From positions 100,008,001 through 100,072,000 of the forward strand of contig NC_045697.1 of NCBI RefSeq assembly GCF_009834535.1: a stretch of 64,000 bases of DNA. Reading direction: 5' to 3'. Positions 26,446 through 40,253 of this stretch are shown here, one piece after another. Source of the stretch: Camelus ferus. Lineage: Eukaryota. The notes beneath the pieces are model-generated. The model did no database searches. It had not been told where the DNA came from and was given only the letters and a program-made list of their open reading frames with translations. Each line of letters begins with the position of its first letter. Within the stretch, counting starts at the first letter, position 1. Made by a program: the position numbers and the translations under genes.

Positions 26446-28529
26446 CCCAAGGTCATGGACACTTCATCAGGGGAGGGCATAGCATTGCAGCCCGGCCATC
26501 AGCATCTCTTAGAAGTTTCAGAGCTTTTCCTTTGCAGGTTAACAGCGAAGAGCAATCAGCATTTGTTGATCGTTTTTCTCTGGACCGAGGGCTGGGCTCG
26601 GTGTTCTACATTGTGCTCTCCTTCAGTCATTTTCTGTCTTAGCAGATCAGGTATGGCTTATTTCTGGGAAATTAATTAGAGAAACGTGAAAACAAAACCT
26701 CCTCTTCTGATTCTCCCTGATAATCTCTCAGTGCCAAACATCTTCAACATCCCTTGCCTGTACCTCCCTCTCTTTCTTTTTCTCGCTCCTTCCTTCGGTG
26801 TCTCCTGATGCTACTGGTCCAGGATCCCTGGAAGAGGTTGGGTAGAAGTCACCAGTGTGTTAGGTTAGGATAAACCTCAGGGTTTCAGGGGAGGGACCTG
26901 CCTGCCCTTGGCTGATGCCCCTGACTCCCAAAGCCACACTCGGTACCTCCAACTCTGCTATCCACTTTACCTCTTTGCTCTCTTCCCAGTAGCCAGATAC
27001 ACAGTTTTCTGATGATCTCTCAGAGGAATGACTACAATCCACGGGAATGTGAACCTACATTCTTATGTTTGAGGGGAAGGTATGAAGAACTAAGTATGAG
27101 CGTTAAATGTTTCCATCTCCTATCTGCCAGGAAGGAAGTAGCTGTCCCTTCTTCAGAACTACAGGGACAAGAAAACTAGTGACCAAAACCTCAAACTGGA
27201 CTGGGGGAGAACCAGGAATTGGAGCTGGTAGACTAGATATAAAGAGCCTGAGGCAGATTTTATATTAGGAGGCAGTGTATAAAGCCAGGAGAGGGAGGAA
27301 TCCTGTAGGAAATGTCACTAGATAAAGGAACCTAAGCTGTGGGCTGAGGGTCAGGGCCAGAGCACTTGATATGGCCTGTGGAGTTTCAAAGGGTGGGAGA
27401 AATTATGACACCCCTGAAAGTGTCCCTTATGGTAGTTTCAATGTCCCTTTTTAAGCCTAAATTGGCTGTGAAGGGAAAAGCCATCTTAGAAGGGTTGGTA
27501 TTTTTTATTTGGTCACTCTGTCTTAAGGAAAATTTCTACTGTGATCAGATTTCACGCATTTACACACTAGGAAATCCACATTTTAGTATTAGAATCAACA
27601 TTCTCGGAGCTTTTTAGGCAGCAGGTGGAATACCTGGTAAGGCAATTCACAGAATAGGAAATTGGAATTCATTACTAATTTTAATCTTGAAATTGATTTT
27701 GATATTAATTTTGAAATCAAATAAAAATGAAAGATAGGCTTCCCTAACCCTCTGGCTGCCTGGTAGTCAGGCATTTGAAAGGCTCTTACCACCCCCCCAC
27801 CCCCATCCCCCAGACAAGCCACGTCTGCTCCCGGCTCTTCTCTAGGGTTCAGGCCTGACCCACTGTTAGGGGCACAGCTCCACACCAACTCTTCTAAGGC
27901 TGCCCTTGCCCCGGTTCCCCCCCTCCTCCCACCACACTCTTGTGGGACTTGTGGTCTCTCCCGCATTTCACACTCACGTAGCTTGTCTTAGGCCCTGTCA
28001 TGTCAGGTGTTAAGGCTCGTCCTTGAGAAGACCTGAGTGAACAGGTTCCTCGCACTGTGTTCTCCGTGGGTAGGTCCAGGCTGGCGCTGGGCCCGCCACT
28101 GGTTCTAGGAAATGACTTGTGGACTTAGGAGGATGCCTTCCCTCTCTCATCACACCTGGGTGCCCCGGTTATAAGGGACCGTGCAGGGGCAGGACCCCAG
28201 GCTGGCTCAGCAGACCTTGTTTTCCAAGCTTTCAGTGAGGTCTCTCGGTGACCATTTTCTCTGTATGTGTGTGTGTGTGTGTGTGTGTGTTGGTTTGTTT
28301 CCTCCTTATTTTATTTCTTGCTATTTTTTATGAGAATTAATGCTACATTATTTAGCACATAGATTGTCATAATTGATGGAACTTTGTTAAGAATTTCACC
28401 CTTTATCATTACAAAGCATCCCATATTTTTTTCTGTTTTAATGTCTTTTGCCCTAAATTCAACATGAATGGTGATTTCTCTAAACCTCATAACCGAAAGG
28501 GGAACATTTGGAACAGGGGAAGATGGGGG

Positions 28530-28988
28530 CTTAGTCAGAGTTTTACAGAGAAACAGAACTAACAGGGTATGTTTTTATATATCTATGTGTACATCGATAG
28601 CTATATCAGAGAGAGAGAGATGGATTTTGAGTAACTGGCTCACACATTGTGGAGGCTTGGTGAGGCCAAAATCTGCCAGGTCGGTTGGACACTCAGGGAA
28701 GAGCTGCAGTCCAGGTTCAAAGGCAGTCTGCTAGCAAAATTCCTTCTTGCTTGGGGGAGGTCAGTCTTTGTTGTGTTAAGGCCTTCAGCTGATCTGATGA
28801 AGCCCACACACACAACGGAAGATAATCTGCTCTATTCAGACTCTGTGCATTTAAATGTTAATTTCATCCAAAACCAAACCAAACCAAACCAAAACAAACC
28901 ACCCTCATAGAAATATCCAGGATAATGTTTCACCACATATCTGGGCACCATGGCCCAGCCAGGCTGACGCATAAAACTAACCATCACA
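28530..28988 (-). mobile_element. ERVL MLT2 solo LTR
   Basis: TTAGTCAGAGTTTTACAGAGAAACAGAAC start and TGACGCATAAAACTAACCATCACA end, characteristic MLT2 termini. Confidence 0.85.
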
Positions 28989-29689
28989 GGGGAAGAAAGA
29001 GAGGAGAGGTAAGACATTGCCTTCCAGACAGGGGAGCTTCACTACCTGCTGGACTGAGTAACAAAAAGAGGCTTTAGCGGACAGATTTCTTAGAAACATT
29101 TGAGACTCGAAAACAAATAAACCAGCTCTCTAAACGGGGAAAGGTCAAAAGGGAGAGATGCCATTCAGGTCCAGGCTGTTGATTTTCACAGGGAGGTGAA
29201 CAGATGGGAAGGCTCCCTGTTGAGAACATAAGGCATCTCTCTTTGGGAGGCCAGAGGCAGCGGTTGAAGGAGCCTCTGAGCTACAGCCTGGCTGGAGGCT
29301 GTTTCCAGCCCCCACTGTGCCCCCAGACCCGGCTGGTGGGCTCCTCCGCAGCCTGCTGCTGCCCCTGCAGTACCCCTTCCCTCTGGGCTTCCAGCCAGAG
29401 AAGCAGGCTTGGGCAGGAAGAGCCTCGCACACTGTAGGGTCCCAGCTGTCTTGCCTCTGCCACTGAGAGGTAGTCCTGGCCCCCCCCACCCCCCCCACCG
29501 CCCCCGGCAGATCCCCTTTTTATCTTCCGCGTCCTGAGGACACTTGTGCGTTTCTTCCAGGCGATGCTCAGTGCCACCTCCACTGTGAGGTTAGTGCTGA
29601 AGCTTCTAGCCTGCATTACTTCCTCTGTGTGAAACTGTCATGGTGCTTACGCTGAGCGGCACGAGCCTCGCTTCACCAGGCAGGATTTA

Positions 29690-30075
29690 CGTGCTATCTG
29701 TGTGACCAGAGCAGCAAAATACTGCAGATGGAGGCAAAAGGAATATACTTTCTCAGAATTCTGTAGTCTAGAAGTCCAAGATCAAGGTGTCGATGGGGTT
29801 GGTTTCTGGTTAGACCTCTCTCCTTGGCTTGTCCAATGGCTGTCTTCCACCTGTGTCTTCACATCATCTTCCTTCTGTATTTGTCTGTGTCCAAATTTCC
29901 TCTTCTTATAAGGACATTAGTCACATTGGATTAAGACCCTCCCTAATGACCCCATCTTAACATAATCATCTCTGCAATCTCCTATCTCCCAAATCAAGCC
30001 ACATTCTGAGATGCTGGGGCTTGTACTTCAGCACATGAGTTTTGGCAGGGTGAAGCTCACAGTCCAACCCATGAT
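29690..30075 (-). mobile_element. MaLR LTR (MLT1A-like)
   Basis: CTAGAAGTCCAAGATCAAGGTG...TCTTCTTATAAGGACATTAGTCACATTGGATTA...CACATTCTGAG. Confidence 0.8.
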
Positions 30076-30175
30076 AGTGCCCTTGGGTGAGCTGCCCAAC
30101 TGCTCACTTTTTTCACTCACAAATGGGGATAACAATCATGACTATCTGATAGTGTTTGTAAAGATGAAATGAGCT

Positions 30176-30515
30176 TAGAGAACAAACTTACCATTTTGTT
30201 ATGGGGGGGTCTGGTATAAACAGTTTGTTATCAGCGGGGTCAAATATAAATGGTTATCAGGGAGGAAAGGGGAGGGTAGAGGGATAAACTGGGAGTTGGA
30301 GACTTGCAGAGAGTACTATATATAGAATGGATAAACAGCAGGGGTTCTGCTGTATAGCATGGGGAACTATATTCAGTATCTTGTAATAACCTATAATGAA
30401 GAAGAATCTGAAAAGGAATATATATATGTATAACCGAATGACCGTGCTATACACCAGAATTAACACAACATTGTAAACCGACTATGTGTCAATAAAAAAA
30501 AACTAATGCAAAAAC
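30176..30515 (+). mobile_element. L1 3' UTR fragment inserted into a MIR, with 14-bp TSD
   Basis: Homologous to 55340-55600; flanked by AGATGAAATGAGCT at 30162-30175 and 30516-30529. Confidence 0.88.
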
Positions 30516-30719
30516 AGATGAAATGAGCTAATATACATAAAACAATTCACATACAGCCTGATAAATGTTAATCATACAATAAACAACAGTGACTTTAATA
30601 ATAATACTTAGTGATTATTGTTATTTATTAAATAATAAGCTTTATTAAATAATTTTAAAATGTTTTAAGTGTACCACTTAGAAGTGTTCTTATTAAAATA
30701 AGAATTAATAACAAGAACA

Positions 30720-30935
30720 TTGGGTTAAAACTGTGGGCTTTGGAGCACAGACATGGATTCCTGGCTTTGGCACTTGCTAGCTTGTTGATCAGGGACAAGT
30801 CATTGAATTTGTTTGTGTTTCAGTTTTTGGTCTGTAAAGTGAGGATATGAAATAACTACCTCACAGAATTGTGTAAAGTTCTATTGAGCTAATAATGTAT
30901 AGAAAGCCTATTAGTCACTCGGTAATTAGTAGGAC
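30720..30935 (+). mobile_element. MIR SINE
   Basis: GGCTTTGGAGC...CAGTTTTTGGTCTGTAAAGTGAGGAT...TACCTCACAGAATTG. Confidence 0.65.
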
Positions 30936-33160
30936 TATCAGATTAGAAGCTAACATAGATGCCCAAAAACACAGCGTTTAAAGAGAGAGGCCTTTGTCTC
31001 CCTGCTTTGTCCAAGGGGAGTAGGCTATTCTGAGCAGGCAGCCCTGCGTCACGCGGTCAGCAGCACCCTCCATCCCTTCCCCTTTGCTCTCTGTCGTCCT
31101 AAGGTGCTGTCCTTATCTGCACTGTTCATGCAGGATTGCTGTGTGGTCCATGTTCCAACCAGTGAGTAGGGGAGAGAGAAAAATCTAGAAAAACTGACTT
31201 TAAGCAAGGGACACACATGACTCTTCTCACCTTTGGCAAGAACTTGATCACGTGGCCATACCTACCTTCCAGGGAAGCTGAGAGATGCAGCCTCCAGCCT
31301 GGCAGCTTGTGCCGAGCCAGGATTATTCCATTTTGATGGGAGAAGGAGAGAATGGATTGGGGGTGCTGAGAATCAGAGCAATAGTAGCCTTGTTATTATT
31401 CCTGTGCAGTTTAAAACACACCTGGCATGCCTTCCAATGTCTGACCACTGTAATTATACCCTTGGGTCATCGGGGGCAGGGCTGTCTGCCGTCACTTCAG
31501 GTCCTCTCATTACATCGACCGACGCAAGCCTGATGCAGCTTTGCTAGTTGTTTTCATAAATACTTGGACCTGGTTGTATGCATCAAGTAACTAACATATG
31601 TGTAGTTCAATATCGGGTATCCCTCAATTTTTGAAAATGAAAATTTGAATATCTTTTAACTGTGTTGTCTGTAAAGTAAATAATATTTTTTCTAGTTTAC
31701 TTCCATTATAAACACTTAGAGGTGTTCCTAAGAGAATAAACCGATCTGATTAGCAAAGAAAAGCTAAGCCGTGTGATACACTTCGGAAAGGAATGAGTTG
31801 TGAAAACTTATCAATTCCTTGGTTGAGAACAGGTAAGAATTTAAAAACTGGTATTTTATATAAAATTATATAAAAATAGTTCAGAAATAAGATTTAACAA
31901 GTATCCCCTTGTGTCCCTTTCACAGTGCTGATATCTTCTTTAAATTTATGTTTTCAACAAATGTCTTCTTTTCTTTTTTTTCTTTTCTCTATCTTTTCTA
32001 CCATTTCTTCTCTATTTTTAAAAACCATCTCTGGCAATATTATGTTATTGGTTCTAGTCTTTAGCCAATGCTTTCTACAATACACATCTGAGCTTGTTCC
32101 TTCCTTTTAAAAAGTTTTGTGGCTTTCCATGACCATTAGGGGACTGTGTAAATTTTTTGGCCAGAGATTCAGTCGTCATTGCACTCTGGCTAGTCCTTTG
32201 CACCCTTATCTCCTATGTTGCATAGTATGAAACCCACAGTCTGACTGTTTGCCGATCTGGCATTTCTTCAAAGTGCTTTATATAGTGCTATCTCTGGATC
32301 TTTGTTCATGCTGGTTCTTCTACCTGGAATATATAGAAAACCTGTAAGGAACAGGAGTGGTCACCATTGTCTGGTATCATCAGCAGAACATTTGTTTGAA
32401 GAGACAGATCTGCACTGAAGAATAACGTGGCACACGGTGTTGGATGTTCCTGGAAGGGAGAGATGTAGAAGACACTACATATAAGGGGGAGTCTGCAAAT
32501 CTTTTCTTTACCATTTTGAACTGTTTAACTTTAGGGCCAACTCTTTTATCTCATAGAACCTCAGTTTCACCAACTAAAACAGGAAAACAGAGAGCGTCAT
32601 TTGAGCTAACAACAATAACACTCCTCTGGGAGAGATTCTGTGTTAGGCTCCCTGAAGGTTGATGCTAAATGGAAAACAACACAACACAAAATCAAATAAA
32701 ACCCTTGTCCTACCACAGAGAAGATCTGTTACCCAAATCAACACTGGACGCAGGCAGAACTGCTGCTGAGCACGCTGATGGCTACAAGGGGCAGCAAAGT
32801 GTTCGTTGAGAAAGTAGGAGCCAGGCAAGTCCTTTATGCTAATTCGCCCCCTGGGTATGCCTCCTGTCTTCTTGACAGTAGCTAGTTCTTCTGGAAGGTG
32901 GCAAAGTCAGCATTTCCCTGGGCAGCAATGGATCCCACAGAGCTTCCCTGCTGGTGATGGGTAGCATGGGCCGTGATGACGGAGTACTCGGCAAATATCC
33001 AGTGAATGATGAATGCAGCATCATTTAGACATCTGGATGTGACGGAACCGGCCATAAGGCTAATGCGGTGTTTCCCCACATGCGCTCAGGTCCCTAATGC
33101 TTACATTATCGTTTGATCATATTGAGATGTATGCTCAAAATTGTTGTCATGAAAGAATTT

Positions 33161-33323
33161 GTTCTGTATAGTGCAGGGAACTGTATTCAATATCCTGTAA
33201 TAAACTATAATAGGAAAGAATCTGAAAATATATGTATATGTATGTACATGTCTGACTGAATTACCTTGCTGTACACCTAAAACTAACATTATAAATCAAC
33301 GATACTTCAATTTTAAAAAATTA
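33161..33323 (+). mobile_element. Short L1 3' end with 9-bp TSD
   Basis: CTGTATAGTGCAGGGAACTGTATTCAATATCCTGTAATAAAC...; flanked by AAAGAATTT at 33152-33160 and 33324-33332. Confidence 0.85.
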
Positions 33324-36224
33324 AAAGAATTTACTTACCTCATTCAGGGCATTATTCTACTGCCAGGGTTATTTCATCAGCTAAATATTGACTAAATATT
33401 GACAACTATTACTTAATGAAAACCTCATGGTGAGACACCGAACTCCATCAGAGCGAGCTGATTGTGGAGCAGTGGTGGAAACAAGACCCTGGGGTAGCAG
33501 GTCGGAAGGTGTGAGAAAGCAGCCAGGACAGAAGCAGGGGGCTGAGGATCTGGAGGACAGGACTGGCTCTAGTCTGAGAGTTTCTTTCACCTGCTAGTCC
33601 CACGGACTTGTGCCTGAGTTTCAGGTGGGAGGGATGAAGGGCAGAAATTCGAAGGGTAGTTTTCACACACAACTCGCCGTAGGGCGTTGGGAACCCAGGG
33701 TAAGTCTCTGGGCTCAGGGTGACAGAGGGTGGCAGAGGAAGTCACGTTCCCCACTTCGATAGTGCTGTTTTAAAGCAGATCTTGGCAGACTTAGTGTGAA
33801 TTCTGTGGCAGAGGAGAATCTTCCCCATTTGACTGTCTGCAGATTGTGGAAGAGAGCCAGAGCAGAAGAAAAGGAAGAACAAACGTCCAGTAGTGGCATA
33901 AAGTGTTTGTTTGAGGGGTTCTCCCCCTACCCCAGGAAGGCTTGAGGGAGGGGCGTGAGAAGCCCTGCCCAAGTGAATGGGAGTGAACCAGTAAACACAT
34001 TAGATAAAATCACCAAAATAAAGTGTCCCAAGTACCCATCGACTTATGCCAGATCTCAAGCTATGACATCACGAAAGAGACCGTTCACCATTCTTTTTAA
34101 AATTTAATTTGGTTTGGAGATTTCATTTGACACAGTCTTGTTAGATAGCAACAAAACTTCCACGCGTCTCTGTAAATTTGTTCTCCCAAGAAACGACTGA
34201 AAAGATGCATCTTGTTTATCTCCTGGATGTTCTTCCAAAGATAAATTTATTAAACGATGAACTTCATATTTTCAGGATTCCCCTATATATATGTAGTCCT
34301 TTTAGGGAGGATGTTCTCACACCTTGAATCAGCTACTTGTGGTTTTTCTGTGTATCTCCTACCATTTGGGCTTCTTAGGGATCATTGTCCATAATTTCTA
34401 AGCATCTGTTCTTGCTATCACTAATAATTGTACATTTTTGTGATGCTCTTAAGTTCACAAAGCACATCGACCTAACTCCTTAATGTAGTCCCTTCCCACA
34501 AGAAGGTATGGGCCACTTTCTGTGGATGAGAGACCTAAGACTTGAGTACCATCTTCAAGGACAAGCTGCTAATGAGACCGATGCTGCCCAAACCCAGGTC
34601 TCCTGCCTGGCATTACGCCTGTATTCTCTCTCCTATGCAGAGGAGTATGATGGTACCAGTAAGTGTTATTCATGAATGATTTATAAAATGTAATTTTATC
34701 TAGACTTTATCAACCACGTTGTTGAGCTAGAAAAAGTGACAGACTTCCCTTTCATTGATAAAATTGAGAAAATAGACCAAAATGCAGCCCGCAAGAAGAA
34801 AAACATTCTGAGAAAGCTTAGGCTGTAATTTTGGTATGTTTCCCAGAGAGAAGTTTGCTGATACGGTGTTGGCTGCGTGCGGTATGGCTCTTTCTTACTG
34901 CACTGATATCCCACGTAGAGTACATTGCAGGGGCGGTCTCTCTTTTTCCGTGAACTAGCTGTCTTCTTCGCTGTCTCTCTTCCTCATCTGAGGCTGGGCA
35001 TGGTGCAAGGAAGCCCAGCTTCTCTGTTGCTAAAACAACAGCATGCCTGAAGCTGTTAAACCTACTAGCCACCACTCTTAAAACACCACAAGGCAAAGTT
35101 CACCCCAAATTCTGCCTGTTCTGATTTCTTTTCCTCTTCAACAGCATTTCTGGTGTTCACTTCAACTTGATGGCTCTCCTTTGAGAAAATGAGAGGCAGA
35201 CCCATGATTTCATTTGCCCAATTTAGGCACTAAACAACTACCTTTTCTCTTGTTGAATGACAGACTTTGCACATTCCTCCTGGAATATATTGGCTTAAAA
35301 ACATCCACTGACATTCATGTTGTCTTTATGTGAAAAACTCATACAACTGATGTGGGTAAAAAAGTTTAAAACCGTGGCGCCTGGTCACTGATGACTTGTG
35401 GGCTTCAGCAAACTGTCTCCCCTGCTATTTTTGGAGCAATGGCTCACTGCCAGTTCAGTGAGTACAGGAGAACTCCTTAAGGGCCAGGAGGACTCCTTAA
35501 GAACAAGGCACAGGGCAGAGCAGGAGAATTTCCTACCAGCTGGGTGGTGACTAAGAGGAGTTCAAGACACCGCTGAGCAAGTCAGGGGCCATCTTCCTGC
35601 TTGTATCATTTCAGTATCACTTGTGCTGTTTCAGTTTCTAACATACATAAGCAGGGACAATATCTGAAAAACGCACACTTGCTTACTGGTTAGAGCACTT
35701 TTTGTTTTTCTGACTGTGGTTGGCTCAGTTCCCCTAATTTAGTTCTGTTTGTGCAGAGCATGCCTCACAGTGAGTGGGAGGCCTGACCGTGCAGGGTGCT
35801 CCCCCATGGCTTGGCCTCATGGTGGGACCTGGGTTTGTCTTCACCCTGAAGCTGCTGCCCACTTGCTTAAGAGGGGCTGGTCCCTTCACAGGAAGCTGGT
35901 GCTATGGAGAGCCACATTTAGATGTCGGAAACCGAGGTCCCAGGACCTTTTAATCACTTGCCTTAGGTTAGTAACATCTGTATATTTGTACCTGAAATAT
36001 ATGTTTAAAGCACTTGCAAGTTGCAAAATCTTTTCAGTCTCCATAGGAATCCTGTTAGCAGCAAGGACCTATATCCAGAGTCCACAAATGGAGAAAATGA
36101 GGACCCTAGGATTAAATTATAAGATAAACAGGAACAAAGGTAACTCACGGATGCCATTTATTGAGTACTTACTATGTGCCAGGCACAGTAGTAGCTACTC
36201 TGCTCACGTTATCAATTCTAAAAA

Positions 36225-36437
36225 AAAAAATCTCTAGATTAATATCAAATGTAATACAATATAAATGCTCTGTAATAGTTATAAATACAATGTAAGTGCT
36301 ATGTGAATAGTTGAATAGCAAATTCAAGTTTTGCTTTTTGGAACTTTCTGTAGTTTTTGGGGTGGGTGGGATATTTTTGATCCATGGTTGGTTGAATCTG
36401 CAGATGTGGAGCCTGCAGATGCGGACGGCAGTTTGTA
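36225..36437. mobile_element. MER2-like Tigger-family DNA transposon fragment
   Basis: TTTTGATCCATGGTTGGTTGAATCTGCAGATGTGGAGCCTGCAGATGCGGACGGC terminal motif; a similar motif occurs at 49101-49155. Confidence 0.7.
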
Positions 36438-36479
36438 CTTATAATTTACTTATTCTCTTTATTCTGTGCCGTCTGTGTC

Positions 36480-36611
36480 TCCTCTGCTCAAATCTAAGTT
36501 CCAGAAGGGTGAGGAATCTTTATTTTCTTCTCTGCTGTGTCCCCAAAGCCTAGAACAGTGCCTGGCAAAATGCTGGCGCTCAATGAATGTTTGTTGAACG
36601 AGCGAACGAAC
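36480..36611 (+). mobile_element. L2 3' end
   Basis: TGTCCCCAAAGCCTAGAACAGTGCCTGGCA...GCTCAATGAATGTTTGTTGAA. Confidence 0.75.
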
Positions 36612-37515
36612 ATAGTCCCTCCAGGTCCAGGCTTCCTTTTTAGGTCCCACTTCGTAGTTTTGGAAAATATTCATGAAGAAATAGAGATGCAGAGAAAACC
36701 AGTGATGCTCTTAGCTGTGACTATGGGTCCCCAGAAAGGAATTAGATTTAGTTTGTTCACAGGGCTAAGAAATGAGGTGTGATTAGTAAGTGGAAAATTG
36801 CTCAATGATGGATGTGTGGCCATCATTTTCTCCTGCTTACTCTTTCTTCCATGTGGTCGATCCCACAGCAGCCTGGTTTTCACTCTGTCTCCTAGAGTCT
36901 TTGCAGGTTGAGCAGGCAGGGTAATGAGAGCCTGGGGTTTCTGGTAACGTGGAGTGAGTTGTGTCTAATTGGAACAGAATCAGCAGCCCTTACCTTTTAT
37001 CCCCCAGAGAATGAGGAGATGCTGGGAGGTCACAATTGCATACCCTGAGCAGTTCAGAAAGTTTAAGGCTATGATTTTTCCAGGCCTTGCAGATAATAGG
37101 AAGTGATTATGGGAAGTGAAGGCACTCTGGTTGACCTCACTTTTCTGTTTGAACTTTGTTCTCATTTCTCTGACTGCGCTCTTAATGCTTAATGGTTTTG
37201 AATTAAGCAAAATTCTTTAGCTAAGCTCTTACCATTTTAATCAGTGGGGAGTCTGCTACAAAAACTTTACCTCATTATTGAACTAAATTCACACACAAAC
37301 ACATCCAGAGAATGAGGAAAAAACCCAGATCTCTGCGTCTCTTCCGCGGCAGCCTCAGCCTACCCAGAGTTCACTTCAGAAGGAAGTAAAGAGTTGCCCA
37401 CTGTGTTTCCCTGTCTCTCTTCTCTGTCTACCCTCAGAGTCTCACTTCTGCTTCTTCCTCTCTGGCCTAGGTTGTAACTAATTTTTTCAATTCATCTGGT
37501 TTTCTCTTGGAAGGA

Positions 37516-38068
37516 TGTCAAGTTTGAACCAGATTTGTTTGCCCAACGTGCAGCAAGCCAAAATGCAAAGATGCCAAGGGTTGCAGCAAAGAAAAGGTTT
37601 ATTCACAAGGCAGCCAAGCGAGGAGATGGAAAAACAAGTCTCAGATCCGCCTCTCTGAAGGTGAGGGGCTTGAGATATTTATGGAATAAAGAAGCAGGGT
37701 GGTCTTAGGCATGCGGAAAGGTGGGGAAAACAGGCATATCTGGCACATGCTTCTTCATGGGATGTATGGTCATAAATGGAGGCACTTAGCATGACCTGAG
37801 GGTGGAGTTGTTGGCCCTCTGACCTCAAAATGTCATTCATTGGACACCTGCAGAGGCCCAGTTTTAGGGTCAGTGGTCCCAGCCAGGCTTAACCTGCTGG
37901 AGCTCAAACTAAACACAGCTGGCTCCAAGTTCCTGGAAAACAACTTGGGCAAATATCTTATTGTTTAGGCTACATGATTAAGTTTGGAGGGTACGCAATT
38001 TGCAACAGAATAATTAAGGCAGGCTTGCTTAGTGAAGGCCGACTACAGGCAGAGAGGGGTTTTTAACA
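37516..38068 (-). mobile_element. ERV1-like solo LTR
   Basis: TG...CA termini with near-TSD AGGA/AGCA; GCAGCAAGCCAA...AAAAGGTTTATTCACAAGGCAGCC, with a minus-strand AATAAA near the left end. Confidence 0.7.
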
Positions 38069-38529
38069 AGCAGTAAGACAAGCTCAAGAACTTCTGTTAG
38101 TCCCGAGTTTCTGTTAACCCTATGGGGCATGGTTTCAAAGTCACAAAAAGGTAATAAAGGAATGAAGGAAAAAGATGTTTGAAGTCCAGACTTGCTCCTG
38201 GTACGATTCACCACACCTTAGCAGAACTCCAGGTGTACATCTTTTGTTTTTTAATTTTTTTGGATTTTATTTTTATTTTTGGAATATTTAACATGTTTAT
38301 TTCTTTCATGAATTCAGCAAGGGTAAGATAATTGATAGGAACAAGTCCAACAAACAAAAATAGTGAAAGTAAATTTGAAAGTTCAGGAAACGGATTTAGG
38401 TGACCAAATTTAACGAAAGCTAAAGGTGATGTCAATTCCAATATTTAGTACTCATAACAATATTTTAAAATTAGTTTCGATGATTAAATTCTGATTTATG
38501 TTCTATAAGAAGATTTATAATTAGGATTT

Positions 38530-38634
38530 TTTGAAAATTGGAGTATAGTTGATTTACAATGTTGTGTTAGTTTCAGGTGTACAGCAAAGTGATTCAAGTA
38601 TACATCTACATATTTATATTCTTTTTCAGATTCT
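38530..38634 (-). mobile_element. L1 3' end fragment
   Basis: ATTGGAGTATAGTTGATTTACAATGTTGTGTTAGTTTCAGGTGTACAGCAAAGTGATTCA. Confidence 0.85.
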
Positions 38635-39369
38635 CGCCTCTTTTCTTTGCCTTATCAATAATTCCCTTCTTTTATTATTATTATTATTAGTTTTTTGGAA
38701 TGAGACAGGACCCAGAAATGAGGCAGACATGTGTCCTCCTGTAAGAAGAGTGTGAGAAGGAAGAGTGTGCTTTCCTGCCGGATAAATCTGAATGGAGATC
38801 AGAACTCCTATCGCAGTGAGTGGGAGCTCTCTTTAGGTAGCCAGAAGTGCTTGGAGAAGACAAAGTCATGTTTAGGAAGATAAATTGCAAAGTGGGGGAA
38901 AAAAAAACCCAAAAAACCCCACAAGCTTAAAATAAAGTGTGAAGAAAAGAAATTAAAAATTTATAATGAATTAAAAAACTTGGTCACTTTGATTGAAAAA
39001 AATGAAATTTTATTATTGTTTTAAACTGCATTTAAAAGCATTTTTTCCACATTTGCTAATCTGTTGCATTTCCTCCTTTGTGGCTTAGAATCTAGATGTA
39101 TGTAGTTGTTCCACCTGACTATGTTTAATAAGTTTTAAAGGAAACATTTGAAACCACCTATGGACATCTTAAGAGGAATATTTAAATAAATTTTGGTATG
39201 TAATTAGCAATGGTGTTTTATGTGACTCTTGCTTATTTTTTGTTTGTTTTGTTGTTCTTTTAGGATGTAGGTGGTCTTCATGCCTCAGTTAACAGCAATC
39301 TGTAATCATACATCCATGTGAGGCATTTTCTTTATTTTATTTTATCTTACAGTTTTCCGCCTTCATGTC

Positions 39370-39865
39370 TGTATTAGTCTCCTGTGGCTGCTGAAACAAA
39401 TTAGCACAAATTTAGTGGCTTAAAACAACAGAGATTTATTCTCTTACAGCTCTAGGGGCCAGAAGCCCTAAATCCCTATCACTGGGTTGAAAACAAGTCA
39501 TCGTGAAGGTCCCATTCTCTCTGGAAACTTTAAGAGAGCCTCTTCCAGCTTCTGGTGGCTATTGGCATTCCTCGGCCTGTGGCCACATCACTCCATTCTT
39601 CGAGGTCAGCATCTTTGGATCTCTCTCTGCTCCATCTTCCTATCACCTCCTCCTCTGTGTGTCAAATCTCTCTCTGCCTCTTCTGACAGAAGAACACTTG
39701 GGATGGCATTTAGGGCCCACCTGAATAATCCAGGATAATTTCCCATCTCAAAATCTTGCACTTAATCCCATCTGGAAAGACTCCTTTTTTTTCAAATAAA
39801 GTAACACTTAATAGGTTCTGGGGATTAGGATCTGAAACCTTTGGAGGGCAGAATTTCCCAGCCAG
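39370..39865 (-). mobile_element. MaLR solo LTR (MLT1D-like)
   Basis: TGTATTAGTCTCCTGTGGCTGCTGAAACAAATTAGCACAAATTTAGTGGCTTAAAACAACA...GATAATTTCCCATCTCAAAATC. Confidence 0.83.
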
Positions 39866-40253
39866 CACAGTCTCCCGTTTACACTCCTATGATTGCCCTT
39901 TGCTTATTGAGCACCTCGGCGTATTTAATGTATTTTCTTCCAATCCAAATCCACCTTTCAAACATTTATTATATACTTATAGCCTTATATATTCAAATGT
40001 TTGTGTTGTTATCTTTTAATATTAAAAAAATAGTGTTTAAAGTATGATATTGTGCCATAAAACCTTTCTGTTTCTTATTTTTTTCCCTCAGTATTATCTT
40101 TTTGAGATCCCTCTAGTGTGCAGTGTAGTTCTTGTTCTTTCTTGAGTGCTGTTTGATTTTTCCCCATATGCACATCCCTCTACCTGTGGACACATGCGTG
40201 ACCTCCAATTCCAGTTCAGCTGTAAATTTCTTTGTCATTAACTTGTTTGGTTT

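Noticed and set aside
30191..30250. Mitochondrial (NUMT) origin for the L1 insert
   Set aside because: Only a short TTTGACCCCGC resemblance to COI by recall and the flanks do not fit; cannot be supported without a search.
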